A stretch of 64,000 nucleotides of DNA from Heptranchias perlo (GCF_035084215.1 NC_090354.1:10664001-10728000), one strand, 5' to 3'; shown: positions 25,861-37,679, counted from the first letter of the stretch. Numbers and translations are program-made. The notes: generated by a model not told the origin, from the sequence alone.

Positions 25861-27397
25861 GGTTCTATTACATTATGCATTGACACAATAGTCATATGTT
25901 CCCCGCCCCCCCCCCCCCACACACACTAGCAGCAAGTTACCGGTGAATAATCTATTCAACACATTGTTAATACAGTGGTCTGACTTTATGTAGAAGGCCA
26001 GTAATATACAAGTTTTGTTCTTAGCCTGCTGCATATCTCAGGAATATACTTCAGATTTTCCAAAAATTATTGATTTGACTTAAAAAATAAATTAGCATCC
26101 ACTGCTATTGGTTCAATAAGAATGTTGTTGAAGAATTTTAAAAGTTTGAGATTGATTTCACCCTTTCATTTTGACACTGGGATAGGCCCTGAAATTCTTG
26201 GGGCTGGGTGGGTAAGATGGTGGTGGACCCTGGACAGGGTAGAACCCAGTTCCACTGGGTCTCTTCCCAGTGGAAATGATCTCAATGCCGTATTCCTAAT
26301 AGCAAATGATCCAAAATGATCGAAGCAGCAACTTCAATATTAGATTGGTAGGTTTCTGAATTGCTGTGATTTGTCTTTGGAAAGAAAGCTGTTCTGATAT
26401 CTTTGACTCATGGCAGATGCCCAGGGAGCACTTAATGGGCAACTACATCCTTTGTGTTAATGACCTTTTTTCAAGGATTTGGGGCAGGATCAACGCTTGG
26501 CCAGACGAGCGACTGGATGTCTCACCCCACTACACTTCCTGCCGAGGAATGGTACTCAAGGAATTTCACCCTGTTATCTTTGGCACATAAAAGTGCCATT
26601 TGTGTGGTTACAGCTTCAGCTTTTCTTTGCTGGTATCCTAGCCACCCTCTTAAATCTCCTAAAATGAAAATATGGGGGAAAACTTAGCAGGTCAATCAAC
26701 AACAAGTTAGTGTTTCAGGCCGAACCCTTCAAGTAAAAGATGAACGGCATTTTAAAAGGAACAGAACAAAGAGTAGAGGAGAAAACAAACATACGAGAGA
26801 GTAAGTAAAATTGCCTGTTAGGTGTTTTAAAGGAAAACAAGTGGCTGTAATATTAAAATGATACGATAGGAAGAAGCATAATAAATAAATTAAAGACATT
26901 TAGGAAACACAGAAAATGTGTGAATAGCTGAGGTGGTTGGGCAATGGAGGTGGGATATGGCAGGTTTTAAATGGAAACAGAAAAGCTGGCAAAGCAGAAC
27001 AGAATCCAGCAGCATCCCCCTGCTGTAAAGAAAGTGGGCCCCATAGTTAAGGTCTGAAGTTACTAAAGTCATTGTTAAGGCCAGAGGACTGCAAAGTTCT
27101 TAATAGCAAGATTTTTAATTCAGACTGACCTGTTTTGCTGTCTTGATTTTCAACCAGGGTTTGTAAAAATTACTCAATCAAGCAGATAAATTACCCAAAA
27201 TGAAATGTCATGATTCAGGGACATGAAAAATGCAAATACTTAAGAAAGTAATAATTGTGCTTTGATGCTGACCAGTGACAAGAAAAGTTAAAATAATCAA
27301 CAGAATAACTCAAAGAGACAGCTGATTTACAGATAACTATAGTGTCGTTTATTTGCATGATTTATCGTCTAATAAATCACCAGAAAATAAGATTATG

Positions 27398-27616
27398 CAG
27401 TGAGTAGTTATAATCTGGAGTGCACTGCCTGAAAGGGTGATGGATGCAGATTCAATCGTGGCTTTCAAAAAGGAATTGAATAAATATTTGAAGGGAAAAA
27501 ATTTGCAGGACTACGGGGAAAGAGCAGGGGTATACGACTAACTGGATCACTCTTACAAAGAGCCAGCACAGGCTTGATGGGCCGAATGGGCTCCTTATGT
27601 GCTGTAACGATTCTAT
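27398..27616 (+). mobile_element. CR1 LINE 3' tail insertion
   Basis: ATCTGGAGTGCACTGCCTGAAAGGGTG...GGGCCGAATGGGCTCC..GTGCTGTAACGATTCTAT; reverse complement of the 14.35-14.55 kb type. Confidence 0.75.
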
Positions 27617-28312
27617 GACTAATTACTGTTTTAGAACATGTAATACAATATTGTACAGTTAATGGATTTAAAGAAAACTGGGACAATGTGATCATATTTG
27701 ACAACATACCACTATTCAGCAGCATTGACTTAATTTTCATGAAGTGATATAGAAATAAGTGTAATGCTTATAATCTTTACAAATGACAGTTTAAACCATT
27801 TTGGAACATTTGATCTGACGTGACTAATGCTGGTCTATTTCTGACTTACTGCTGTTCCTGTACAGCGGAATAAATAGTCAGGCACTAAGAATGAGCAAAA
27901 TGCTATCAGGGTAAATTCATCAAGGGTCTGGAATGGTTGTTGAGGGCTGAGGTCAACAATCATCCCTGTGTGGCATAATTATGCAGTTACAGAAATTGCC
28001 AAGTATTTGGACCTGAGGTGGGAGAGTGTAAGAGCTGTGTGTCCTGGCTGTCACAGCAGAGATACTACCTAGAACTCTAAAGAAGCAGAGTATGGTCATC
28101 CCTTCAGACCTTCACATCCTTGCAAGCAGCCTTTTAAACATTTCCACTGCACCGGGCACATTAACAGATAACTATAGTGTATTTCATTTGCACAATTCAT
28201 CGTCCAATAAACCACCAGAAATTAAGACTATTTACTATTTCATAACATGTAACACAATATCAGCACAAAATTGTTGGCTGCTACTCAACCGTAACGTCAC
28301 TGTAACAATATA

Positions 28313-28475
28313 ATTCCAGAAGTTTCTAAAATTATGCCGATGTGTCAGTAAGCCGAGTCATTCTTGTTTAGGGCAAGGCTGAGGTATCATAGTTATTTTC
28401 TGCTCACGTGTCATAAACCCAGTAATGTTTAGCTAATTCTGGAAGTGTCTGGATTTCTGGGAGTAGAATATATAA
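28313..28475 (+). promoter_or_regulatory. Heat-shock promoter of hsp30 copy 1 (HSEs plus TATA)
   Basis: Perfect 3-unit HSE TTCcaGAAgtTTC at 28314-28326; proximal TTCtgGAAgtGTCtgGAT at 28437-28454; TATATAA at 28469-28475. Confidence 0.85.
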
Positions 28476-28569
28476 GGCGTGTGTTCTGAGTGTTGCAGCA
28501 GATCAGGGACTGAAGACTGGGAGTTCACATCAGTCGGGTTTGAGAGAAGTGATAGAAGAGGCAGAGAGA

Positions 28570-29232
28570 ATGCTGAGCTGTCGGGCTTTCCACGCTTCAC
28601 GTCTGTGCCAGCAGCCTGTGTACACATTGTGGCCTGTTCCACACACAGTCTTTGAGCCATTTGAATGCAACAGGTGGCAACAGGTGGAAGAAGCGAGAAA
28701 GAGCATGAACTTCATGAATCAAGTTCTTGAGGAGCTCGCCAAAGAATTTTGGGAGGAAAGACCAAGAAATCAGAGCATCAAACCTGATAACAATAAAGAA
28801 GGTAAAAGACAATCCGAGGGCCAGGTTGGAGATGGCTTTTTTCTGTCCCTGGATGTCCAGCGATTCTCCCCAGAAGAACTGAAGGTGAAAGTACTTGGAA
28901 GAAAAGTGCTGGTGACAGGAAAACATGAGAAGAAAAATGATGATGGGAGCGGCTGTTATAGCTACAAATATGAAGAGTTCAGGAGAGAATTTCAGCTGCC
29001 AGAAGATGTCGATGCTCAGGCACTTAACTGCTGTTTGTCACAGGACGGTCGGTTAAAGGTTCAAGCCCCACGCCTGGCACTGCCAGCTGTGAATGAACGA
29101 ACCGTTCCCATCAACATCACCTCTGATACAACAACCACTCCCCGGCTAAATCCTGGCAAAGAGGCACAGAAACAGGAGAGTGGAAAGGATGAGGAGAACA
29201 AGAAAGAGGCTGAAACAAAAGAGAACTCTTAA
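28570..29232 (+). CDS. hsp30: Small heat shock protein HSP30/HSPB9-like, copy 1 (220 aa, intronless)
   Basis: First ATG after TATA gives MLSCRAFH...; alpha-crystallin domain FFLSLDVQRFSPEELKVKVLGRKVLVTGKHEKK...EFRREFQLPEDVD...LSQDGRLKVQAP; IXI-like VPINI; charged C-terminal tail. Confidence 0.9.
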   Translation: MLSCRAFHASRLCQQPVYTLWPVPHTVFEPFECNRWQQVEEARKSMNFMNQVLEELAKEFWEERPRNQSIKPDNNKEGKRQSEGQVGDGFFLSLDVQRFSPEELKVKVLGRKVLVTGKHEKKNDDGSGCYSYKYEEFRREFQLPEDVDAQALNCCLSQDGRLKVQAPRLALPAVNERTVPINITSDTTTTPRLNPGKEAQKQESGKDEENKKEAETKENS

Positions 29233-31049
29233 GACTCGTTTACAATGAATTTTTATAGTTAGAAAGAATAATTAAATATTGCCAGAAGTGAACTTCTCAG
29301 AAATTGATGCCATAGTTCTGAAAATTTGAAATTGTTCACTCTCCCGTTACTATGGATAACTAGATTATTTTTCTGTATATAATGACAATGAAACTTTGAG
29401 AACAGTAACAGTCTATGATTTTATTTGTCAAGTTATTAAAATGAAATTATTGTGCATACGTGTCTATGGCTACAGGTGTTTCATTGAATTTTACAGCACA
29501 AAGGAGGGCCATTCAGGCCATCATACTCCAGGAGTATTCTCACAATGAACAGCAACTGGAGCTTGCTTCCAAAATTTGTACCCAACCCCAAACGTAAAAT
29601 ATTCCTTCCTGGTAGTGAATGATTGTGACCTTTTTCTCTTGGGTTACCTGTTCAACGTAGATCTTGACCCCACAATTGAAAGAAGTTTGTAGTTACACTG
29701 AACTCTGGTCAGGAATCTGTGCAAGGTAAGCACATTAAATTCTCAAAAGAAAGGAGAACATAGCTACCAACTTTCATCAATTGCATATTAAATATTAAAT
29801 GATGTAGAGAACATATAGAACATATACCTAAAATATTATTTAAAGGTAAACCAGGAATATAGGACCAGTGGGACATGAATTTAAATCAGTAAAAAGTAAA
29901 TTTAAAACCGATATCAGGATAGAAGAACTTCTTCATTCAGAGAATGAATAACATTTGCAAGAACCTGTCAGGCAGGGATGTCGAGGGAACAACATTTGAG
30001 ATGCTTAAAATACAGCTGGATGTTGTAATGGGAGAGTTTAGGTAACAGAGGAATAAGCATCAATGGGTTAATCTCATCCTACATACCACTCAGAGTGGAA
30101 CATTAGGTTGTAACTTGTAAGACACCCCTGATTTGTTGGTCAAACTCTTACATATCTGCAGAAATTTTTCAGAAAAATTGTTTCTGAATTGGGCACTGAC
30201 TGAAATAAAAAGAGTTTTGGGCTCTTGCTGTGTGCTCAGTTCCCAAATGGCTGCCTCATATTTCCAGAATCTGAAGTGATACCACAAGCAGCCAGACACT
30301 CACAGCACGATACTCCTGCTCTGTTCACATGACTCAAAAGAAATTAGCTCAGACCCCTGAGAATGTCGTCTTGCTCATTTGCAGTGCATGGTGATTCTTT
30401 CATGTACAGGACACATGGGGTTAATGGATCCTGTGAGAGTAACACATTAAAAGCACAAGCGGAAGTCATTTCCCTTTGCTAATCTGAACAGTAATGATGG
30501 GCAGAGGGACCAGAGTCAGACCTGAGAGAGAGATACACTTCCATTCTATCAACTCTTGTCTTTTTTTACATTGAGGTATTTTACGATGTTTCACAGAAAG
30601 AAAACATGAAAATTAAGAGGCGAATGGAGGATGAAACCACTTGTGATCTGAGTGAGTCTAGACAGTAGCCAGCAAATTTAGGATTGTACATAAGGAAATG
30701 AATGATCTTCCAGGTATTTCAGTGACACTTAAGTGTAATAATAAAGGCAGTCCAATGGTGAGTGAACAAAATGAGACTTACATCAAAGCTGCATACACTT
30801 GCTTCTGTCTATGTACCTACCAACCTAACCAGTACCCCATTCTGAAACTGCTGTGTCAGCAATCAGTTGAGCCTTACTTTATATTTCACAATCAATGAAG
30901 ACAGTGCAGCCACAGGCAAAATTGGATTTTTACAAACTGTTAATGAATCTCATTGAAACCTTTTGGGGTAATTATGATAATAAAAGCACACAGATTTTTT
31001 TTTTAGCCCAGCCAGTGAGTGAGTGAATAAAAAAAAATAATTTAAGTCA

Positions 31050-31266
31050 CACACCATCCAGACTTGGAAATATATCGCCGTTCCTTCATCGTCGCTGGGT
31101 CATAATCCTGGAACTCCCTAACAGCACTGTGGGAGAACCTTCACCACACGGACTGCAGCGGTTCAAGAAGGCAGCTCACCACCACCTTCTCAAGGGCAAT
31201 TAGGGATGGGCAATAAATGCCGGCCTTGCCAGCCACGCCCACATCCCATGAACGAATAAAAAAAAA
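31050..31266 (+). mobile_element. 3' tail of the same LINE family as 32.3-33.8 kb
   Basis: Near-identical to 33577-33795; ends CCCACATCCCATGAACGAATAAAAAAAA. Confidence 0.8.
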
Positions 31267-31269
31267 CAT

Positions 31270-32230
31270 GGCTGAGTGATGAACAAGTTGCAGTTCATGG
31301 GATGGGAGGCTAGCAAAGAGGGCATTGGATAAATCAAGGCTAAAAGTACAAGAAGTTAAACGGGGACTTTAGCAGCACCAGGACTGAGGCAGGCGATGTT
31401 CAGGGTTGGAAGTAAATGGCCATGGTGATGGAATGAAAGTGGACTTCAAAGCTCGACTCTGGGTTTAGCAAAATGCCACGGTTTCACGTGGTCTAGTTCA
31501 GCCTGTGAATGGCTGGAGGATGAAGTCTCTGAAAAAGAAACAGAGTTTATGGCAGAGGCTGAAGATAATGGCTTCAGCCTTCCCAATGTTCATTTGGAGA
31601 ACGTTTTGACTCATCTATGACGATGTCATATAGCTGATCCAAAAGTACAGAGATGGATGTAGGGTTGGGGGAAGAGATAGAGCTGCGTGCCATCAGCATA
31701 GGTACGGAAGCTGACCCCGTATCTGTGAGTGATAGCACTGAGGGCCAGCATGTAGATCAGCAAGAGGAGGGAGCCAATGATGGATCTTCGGGGGTCTCCA
31801 GGAGTTACACTGCGGAAGCAGGAAGAGAAGCTATTGCTGAAGGTGTTGTTCTGGCTGCATTCAGAGAGGTAGGAGTAGAACCAAATGAGGACAATCGAAC
31901 AGAGCTGAACAATGGATGAGAAGTGATGGGGAAGATGGCAAGGGCAACCATTTCAGAAGTTACGGTGAGGTCAAAGAGGACAAGGAAGAATAGAGCATCA
32001 TAGTCACAGAGGAGATTATTTGTGTCTTTGGGCAGGGCAGTCTTGATGCTGCGAGAGGAGCTGAAACCAGACTGAAGAGATTTGAACAGGAAGTTTAGGT
32101 AGAGATGGGTGCAGCGCTGTGAGATGATGACACATTTGAGCGCCTTAAAGAGGAAAGGGAGGTTAGTCATGGGCAGTAGTGGGAGAGGACGGACAGGTCC
32201 AGGGTGGGTTTTTGAGGAGTGTGGTTATGC
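31270..32230 (-). mobile_element. Degenerate L2-type LINE RT fragment
   Basis: LQSGFSSSRSIKTALPKDTNNLLCDYD..LVLFDL resembles the L2 RT motif LQSGFR..HSTETAL.KVTND..LVLLDL. Confidence 0.65.
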
Positions 32231-32284
32231 CCAATACATAGGCCTGCCTAAACAACAGTTCACAGAAATTAATTTCCTCTCAAA

Positions 32285-33795
32285 GTAGTGCAGTGCTGAA
32301 GAATTGTGCTCCAGAATTAGCCGTGAATCTAGCCAAACTGTTCCAGTACAGCTACAACAATGGCATCTACCTGACAATGCGGAAAATTGCCCAGGTATGT
32401 CCTGTCCACAAAAAGCAGGACAAATCCAATCTGGCCAATTACTGCCCCATCAGTCTATTCTCAATCATCAGCAAAGTGATGGAAGGTGTCGTTGACCGTA
32501 CAATCAAGCGGAACTTACTCATCGATAACCTGCTCACCGATGCTCAGTTTGGGTTCCGCCAGGACCACTCGGCTCCAGAACTCATTACAGCCTTGATCCA
32601 AACATGGACAAAAGAGCTGAATTCCAGAGGCGAGGTGAGAGTAACTGACCTCGACATCAAGGCAGCATTTGACCGAGTGTGGCACCAAGGTGCCCTAGTA
32701 AAGTTGAAGTCAATGGGAATCAGGGGGAAAATTCTCCAGTGGCTGGAGTCATACCTAGCACAAAGGAAGATGGTAATGGTTTTTGGAGGCCAATCATCTC
32801 AGCCCCAGGACATTGCTGCAGGAGTTCCTCAGGGCAGTGTCCTTGGTCCAACCATCTTCAGCTGCTTCATCAATGACCTTCCCTCCATCAAAAGGTTGGA
32901 AATGGGGATGTTTGCTGATGATTGCACAGTTCAGTTCCATTCGCAACCCCTTAGATAATGAAGCAGTCAGTGCCTGCATACAGCAAGATGTGGACAACAT
33001 CCAGGCTTGGGCTGATAAGTAACATTTGCACCAGACAAGTGCCAGGCAATGACCATCTCCAACAAGAGTCTAACCACCTCCCCTTGACATTCAACGGAAT
33101 TACCATCGCCGAATCCACCACCATCAACATCCTGGGGGTCACCATTGACCAGAAACTTAACTGGACCAGCCACATAAATACTGTAGCCCCAAGAGCAGGT
33201 CAGAGGCTGGGTATTCTGCGGTGAGTGACTCACCTCCTGACTCCCCAAAGACTTTACACCATCTACATGAGATAACTCAGGAGTGTGATGGAATTCTCTA
33301 CACTTGCCTGGATGAGTGCAACTTCAACAACACTCAAGAAGCTCGACACCATCCAGGACAATGCAGCCCACTTGATTGGTACCCCATGAACCACCCTAAA
33401 CATTCACTACCTTCACCATCAGCGCACTGTGGCTGCAATGTGTATCATCTACAGGATGCACTGCAGCAACTCGCCAAGGCTTCTTCGACAGCATCTCCCA
33501 AACCCGCGACCTCTACCACCAAGAAGGAAAAGGGCAGCAGGTGCATGGGAACAACACCACCTGCGCGTTCCCCTCCACACCATCCCGACTTGGAAATATA
33601 TTGCCGTTCCTTCATCGTCGCTGGGTCAAAATCCTGGAACCCTCTAACTAACAGCACTGTGGGAGAACCTTCACCACACAGACTGCAGCGGTTCAAGAAG
33701 GCGGCTCACCACCACCTTCTCAAGGGCAATTAGGGATGGGCAATAAATGCTGGCCTTCCCAGCGATGCCCACATCCCATCAATGAATAAAAAAAA
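32285..33795 (+). mobile_element. 5'-truncated non-LTR retrotransposon (CR1/L2 group) with RT and poly(A)-like tail
   Basis: 221-aa ORF with NYCPISLFSIISKVME, QFGFR, LDIKAAFDRVWH, GVPQGSVLGPTIF, FADD, then frameshifts; ends AATGAATAAAAAAAA. Confidence 0.88.
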
Positions 33796-34132
33796 CGATT
33801 GCCGAATGTTAATATAAACCTTCAATTCTTTAAAATCTCACTGTGTTCAGTCAAGAACCTGGAACTTCAAGCTGTATAAAAATGTTAGAACTGTACAATT
33901 GCCATTTTTGAAATAAATAAACACCATTACAAAATAAATTTGTACTTTATTCCTACAATATACAATTTAAAATAAAATATTCATATTAAGAAAATCTACT
34001 ATGGAACAGGAGTCATTTTTCAGACATTAAAGAATGAAAGAAATAATTCATATTCTTCGGATTCACATGAATCTATTTCTGATCCGACTGAATTACTCCG
34101 TGATGTCCACAAAATTTCATTATAAACGCGCC

Positions 34133-34795
34133 TTATACATTCCCTTTCATTTCAGCCTCATTGTAATTCCCCTCATCCATTCCATTATCCTGTTTCTGTA
34201 CCTCTTTCCCAGGTTTTAGCTGGGGGGTTGCTGTTGGATCAGAGGTGATGCTGATGGGAACGGTTCGTTCATTCACAGCTGGCAATGCCAGGCGTGGGGC
34301 TTGAACCTTTAACCGACCGTCCTGTGACAAACAGCAGTTAAGTGCTTGAGGATCGACATCATCTGGCAGCTGAAATTCTCTCCTGAACTCTTCATATTTG
34401 TAGCTGTAACAGCCGCTCCCATCATCACTTTTCTTCTCACGTTTTCCTGTCACCAGCACTTTTCTTCCAAGCACCTTCACCTTCAGTTCTTCTGGAGAGA
34501 ATTGCTGGACATCCATGGACAGAGAAAAGTCATCTCCATCCTTGTCCTCGGATTCTCTTTTATCTCCTTCATTGTCATCAGGTTTATTGTTCTGATTTCT
34601 TGGTCTTTCCTCCCAAAATTCTTTGGCGAGCTCCTCAAGAATTCGATTCAGGAAGTTCATGCTCTTTCTCGCTTCTTCCACCTGTTGCCACCTGTTGCAT
34701 TCAAATGGCTCAAAGACTGTGTGTGGAACAGGCCACAATGTGCACACAGGCTGCTGGCACAGACGTGAAGCGTGGAAAGCCCGACAGCTCAGCAT
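34133..34795 (-). CDS. hsp30: HSP30/HSPB9-like, copy 2 (220 aa, subtype I)
   Basis: Intact ORF from ATG 34795; alpha-crystallin domain; divergent C-tail ...EMKGNV. Confidence 0.9.
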   Translation of the reverse strand: MLSCRAFHASRLCQQPVCTLWPVPHTVFEPFECNRWQQVEEARKSMNFLNRILEELAKEFWEERPRNQNNKPDDNEGDKRESEDKDGDDFSLSMDVQQFSPEELKVKVLGRKVLVTGKREKKSDDGSGCYSYKYEEFRREFQLPDDVDPQALNCCLSQDGRLKVQAPRLALPAVNERTVPISITSDPTATPQLKPGKEVQKQDNGMDEGNYNEAEMKGNV

Positions 34796-34889
34796 TGTCT
34801 CTGCCTCTTCTATCACTTCTCTCAAACCCGACTGATGTGAACTCCTAGTCTTCAGTCTCTGATCTGCTGCAGCACTCAGAACACACGCC

Positions 34890-35090
34890 TTATATATTCT
34901 ACTCCCAGAAATCCAGACACTTCCAGAATTTGCTAAACTTTGCTGGGTTTATGACACATGAGCAGAAAATAACTGACGTCTCATCTCTGCCATGCTTTGA
35001 AGAAGAATGACTCGGCTCAGTGACACCCTCTGGTGCAATTCCAGAGACTGCTGGAAGCTGCTGACATTTGACATCACAGCTGGGCGGAGC
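34890..35090 (-). promoter_or_regulatory. Heat-shock promoter of copy 2 (template for all minus-strand copies)
   Basis: TATATAA at 34890-34896, proximal HSE at ~34908-34928, degenerate distal HSE TTCcaGAGacTGCtgGAA at ~35039-35056, GC box GGGCGG at ~35082. Confidence 0.8.
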
Positions 35091-36288
35091 AAATGATTGA
35101 CAGCCCAGCAGAAGGAAGAGACTGTGGAGTAAAGTTGTGTTTGATCAGAAGTGTTCAACTGAATGAAATCTAAACTAACATTTTGAGAGAATGAACAACC
35201 AGTCAGTGGCTTTCTAGATCCGCTATTTTCATTCATTTTCAAAAGATTAAAGTGATATTTATCAACAGCAGAGCAGAGGGATCGGAAGAGTGAATTTCAG
35301 ATCAGTTTGATTTAAATTATGTGAAGTTCTGATTCTATCCCATTCAGGTTCATTAGTTGCCTTGTTTTTTGTTTCATTTGCCACTGTCCGTTTCTATGGT
35401 AATGTGTTGCTATCCAGTTATCCAAGATGATGGAGTGATGGCCTTTACATTCCTAGATTCTGGGGAGATATTCCACATACAGTATTTTGTCGTCAGAAAT
35501 AAAATAGTTTGATAATGTTTAAAAATCTCTCCTCATGATAAATAATGCATTATTTATAGAAAATTCAGCTAAACACTGACTCCAAGACAGACTAATGTTT
35601 AACCAGATGTGTGTATGAAGATATTTATTTTCAAGGGGATGCACCACTCAGTGGAGATCCTCAGGTTGCTGAATTCCCTCTCAGACAGCTGTTAATGTAC
35701 CTAATTCCCTAGTTTTCCTCTTCCAAGTGTAATTCTTTGTTCTGTGGCTGGTTTTAATTTTGATTCTGGATCTCATATTCATGTTTCTTCCTCCCCCCAC
35801 CCCCACCCCGCCACCAAAGTCCTTAAAATTTTTGTTTGTAAGTTAGCTTTTGTTCGGAAAGTGAAAATATATGTCGATTCCCTCTTTTTATGCGGCTATA
35901 ACAACACAAATACCCGTTTTCTTGAACAAGTTTCAATAAGATCTGTTGTCAAGGACAATAGAGAACTCCATGCCTAACTCACTTCCTGGTTATGTCACTC
36001 TATGATTTTTCATTGGGAGACAAAGATACTGAGAATTCAGCTGAACCATTGTAACAAACTGAAAATTTAACAAAAATGAGGCTCTATTCCTATTATATCA
36101 AATAAATTCATCTGAGCAGAGCTCCAGGTAGGCTCCGCCTACCTGGAATGGGTAGGAATATGTTAGTACACACTGGAAGTTTCTCAATTTGTGCCACTGT
36201 GTCATTGGGCAGAGTCATTCTTGTTTAAAGCAAGGCTGAGGTGGAGTAATTATTTTCTGCTGACATGACATGAAGTCAGCAATCTTCA

Positions 36289-36328
36289 TTCTGGAAGTGT
36301 CTGGAATGCTGGCATTTGAATATATAAA
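36289..36328 (+). promoter_or_regulatory. HSE plus TATA of subtype II copy 3 (repeated at ~51572-51611 for copy 7)
   Basis: TTCtgGAAgtGTCtgGAA followed by TATATAAA. Confidence 0.8.
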
Positions 36329-36422
36329 GCGTGTGATCTGAGTGCAGCAGCAGACCAGAGACTGAAGACTGGGAGTTCACATCAGTCGGGTTTTGAGAGA
36401 AGTGATAGAAGAGGCAGAGAAA

Positions 36423-37679
36423 ATGCTGAGCTGTCGGGCTTTCCACCCTACACATCTGTGCCAGCTGCCTGGGCTCACACTGAGACCTGTTCCACACAGT
36501 GTCTTTGAACTGCTCAAAGACAACATGTGGAAGCCAATGGAATAAGCGAGGAAGACCATGGATTGGATTTGTTGTGGGAAAATCACCACTCGGAGTCAGA
36601 CTTAAAGATTCAACATGCAGTTTATTGGACAAAGTACTTTGGGAGAAGAACTGGACGCTCCGCAGCGTTCGCAACTACCTCCTCAACTTCAAAATGGTTG
36701 TCATGCTTTTTTATACCTTTGAAATACAGATTTTCAGTAGCGATTACATCATTAGTCTTTATTAGTTTACACATTAACCAATTAAGCCCGCACAGCAACC
36801 GCGGACCTCCAATCACATTAAAACAACTGTTATCACCTTAAGACAGTATGGTCTTTGTCTATTCAGTCTGGTTCTGTAGTTTTTATCAGCTCGTTGTGAA
36901 ATGTCTTTTGTATTCCCAGACTGTAAGTCAGTTTTGGAATATACAAACTCAGCACTTTTAACTGTCTTTCCCACAGTCACAGAATCCATTTTATTTAGTA
37001 GTGTCCATTTTGTTAGTAGTCAAGTGTTATGTTTAAGCTTTTAATTAAGGTTAGTCTGGTCTGCACAAAGCGCATTTCGGTGTGGTTTTAGGGTAATGAC
37101 CGCCGCCATGCACACAATAGTCACTTCATCTTTGCCTTTAACCCAACAGCCCAAATTTTACGCTAACAGGTTCATGAGCAACTCTTAAGAGAATTGTTGG
37201 AGGAAAGATCAAAAAATCAGGACAACAGACCTGATGACTATGAAGAAAGTAAAAGACAATCAGAGGGCCAGGTTGGAGATGGCTTTTCTCTGTCCATGGA
37301 TGTCCAGCGATTCTCCCCAGAAGAACTGATGGTGAAAGTACTTGGAAGAAAAGTGCTGGTTACAGGAAAACATGAGAAGAAAAGTGATGATGGGGGCGGC
37401 TGTTATAGCTACAAATATGAAGAGTTCAGGAGAGAATTTCAGCTGCCAGAAGATGTCGATGCTCAAGCACTTAACTGCTGTTTGTCACAGGACGGTCAGT
37501 TAAAGGTTCAAGCCCCACGCCTGGCACTACCAGCTGTGAATGAACAAACCGTCCCCAGGAACATCACCTCTGATACAACAACCACTCCCCGACCAAATTC
37601 TGGCAAAGAGCCACAGAGACAGAACAGTGGAAAGCATGAGGGGAACAAGAAAGAGGCTGAAGCAAAAAAGGACTTTTAA
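36423..37679 (+). pseudogene. hsp30: HSP30-like pseudogene, copy 3 (subtype II): nonsense codon plus solo-LTR insertion
   Basis: Colinear with intact copy 7; GAA>TAA at 36543-36545; ~600-bp insert at 36570-37168; frame resumes at 37170 (VHEQLLRELLEE...KKDF*). Confidence 0.9.
36570..37168 (-). mobile_element. Solo LTR (599 bp) of an LTR retrotransposon/ERV
   Basis: Absent from paralog copy 7; TGTT...AACA termini; 4-bp TSD GATT/GGTT (1 mismatch); minus-strand TATAAAA (36709-36715), then AATAAA (36621-36626) ~50 nt before the end. Confidence 0.8.

Noticed and set aside
28540-28569. MREVIEEAER N-terminal extensions (and the 254-aa ORF at 61343) in the ORF track
   Set aside because: They start at TTG/GTG in the 5'UTR or upstream of the TATA box. 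The first ATG gives MLSCRAF, which resembles fish hsp30 starts, and the upstream frame is shifted by an extra T in subtype II.
34346-34768. Recurrent ~140-aa and ~130-aa antisense ORFs overlapping each hsp30
   Set aside because: Shadow frames repeated only because the sense gene is duplicated; non-ATG starts, variable truncation, no recognisable domain.
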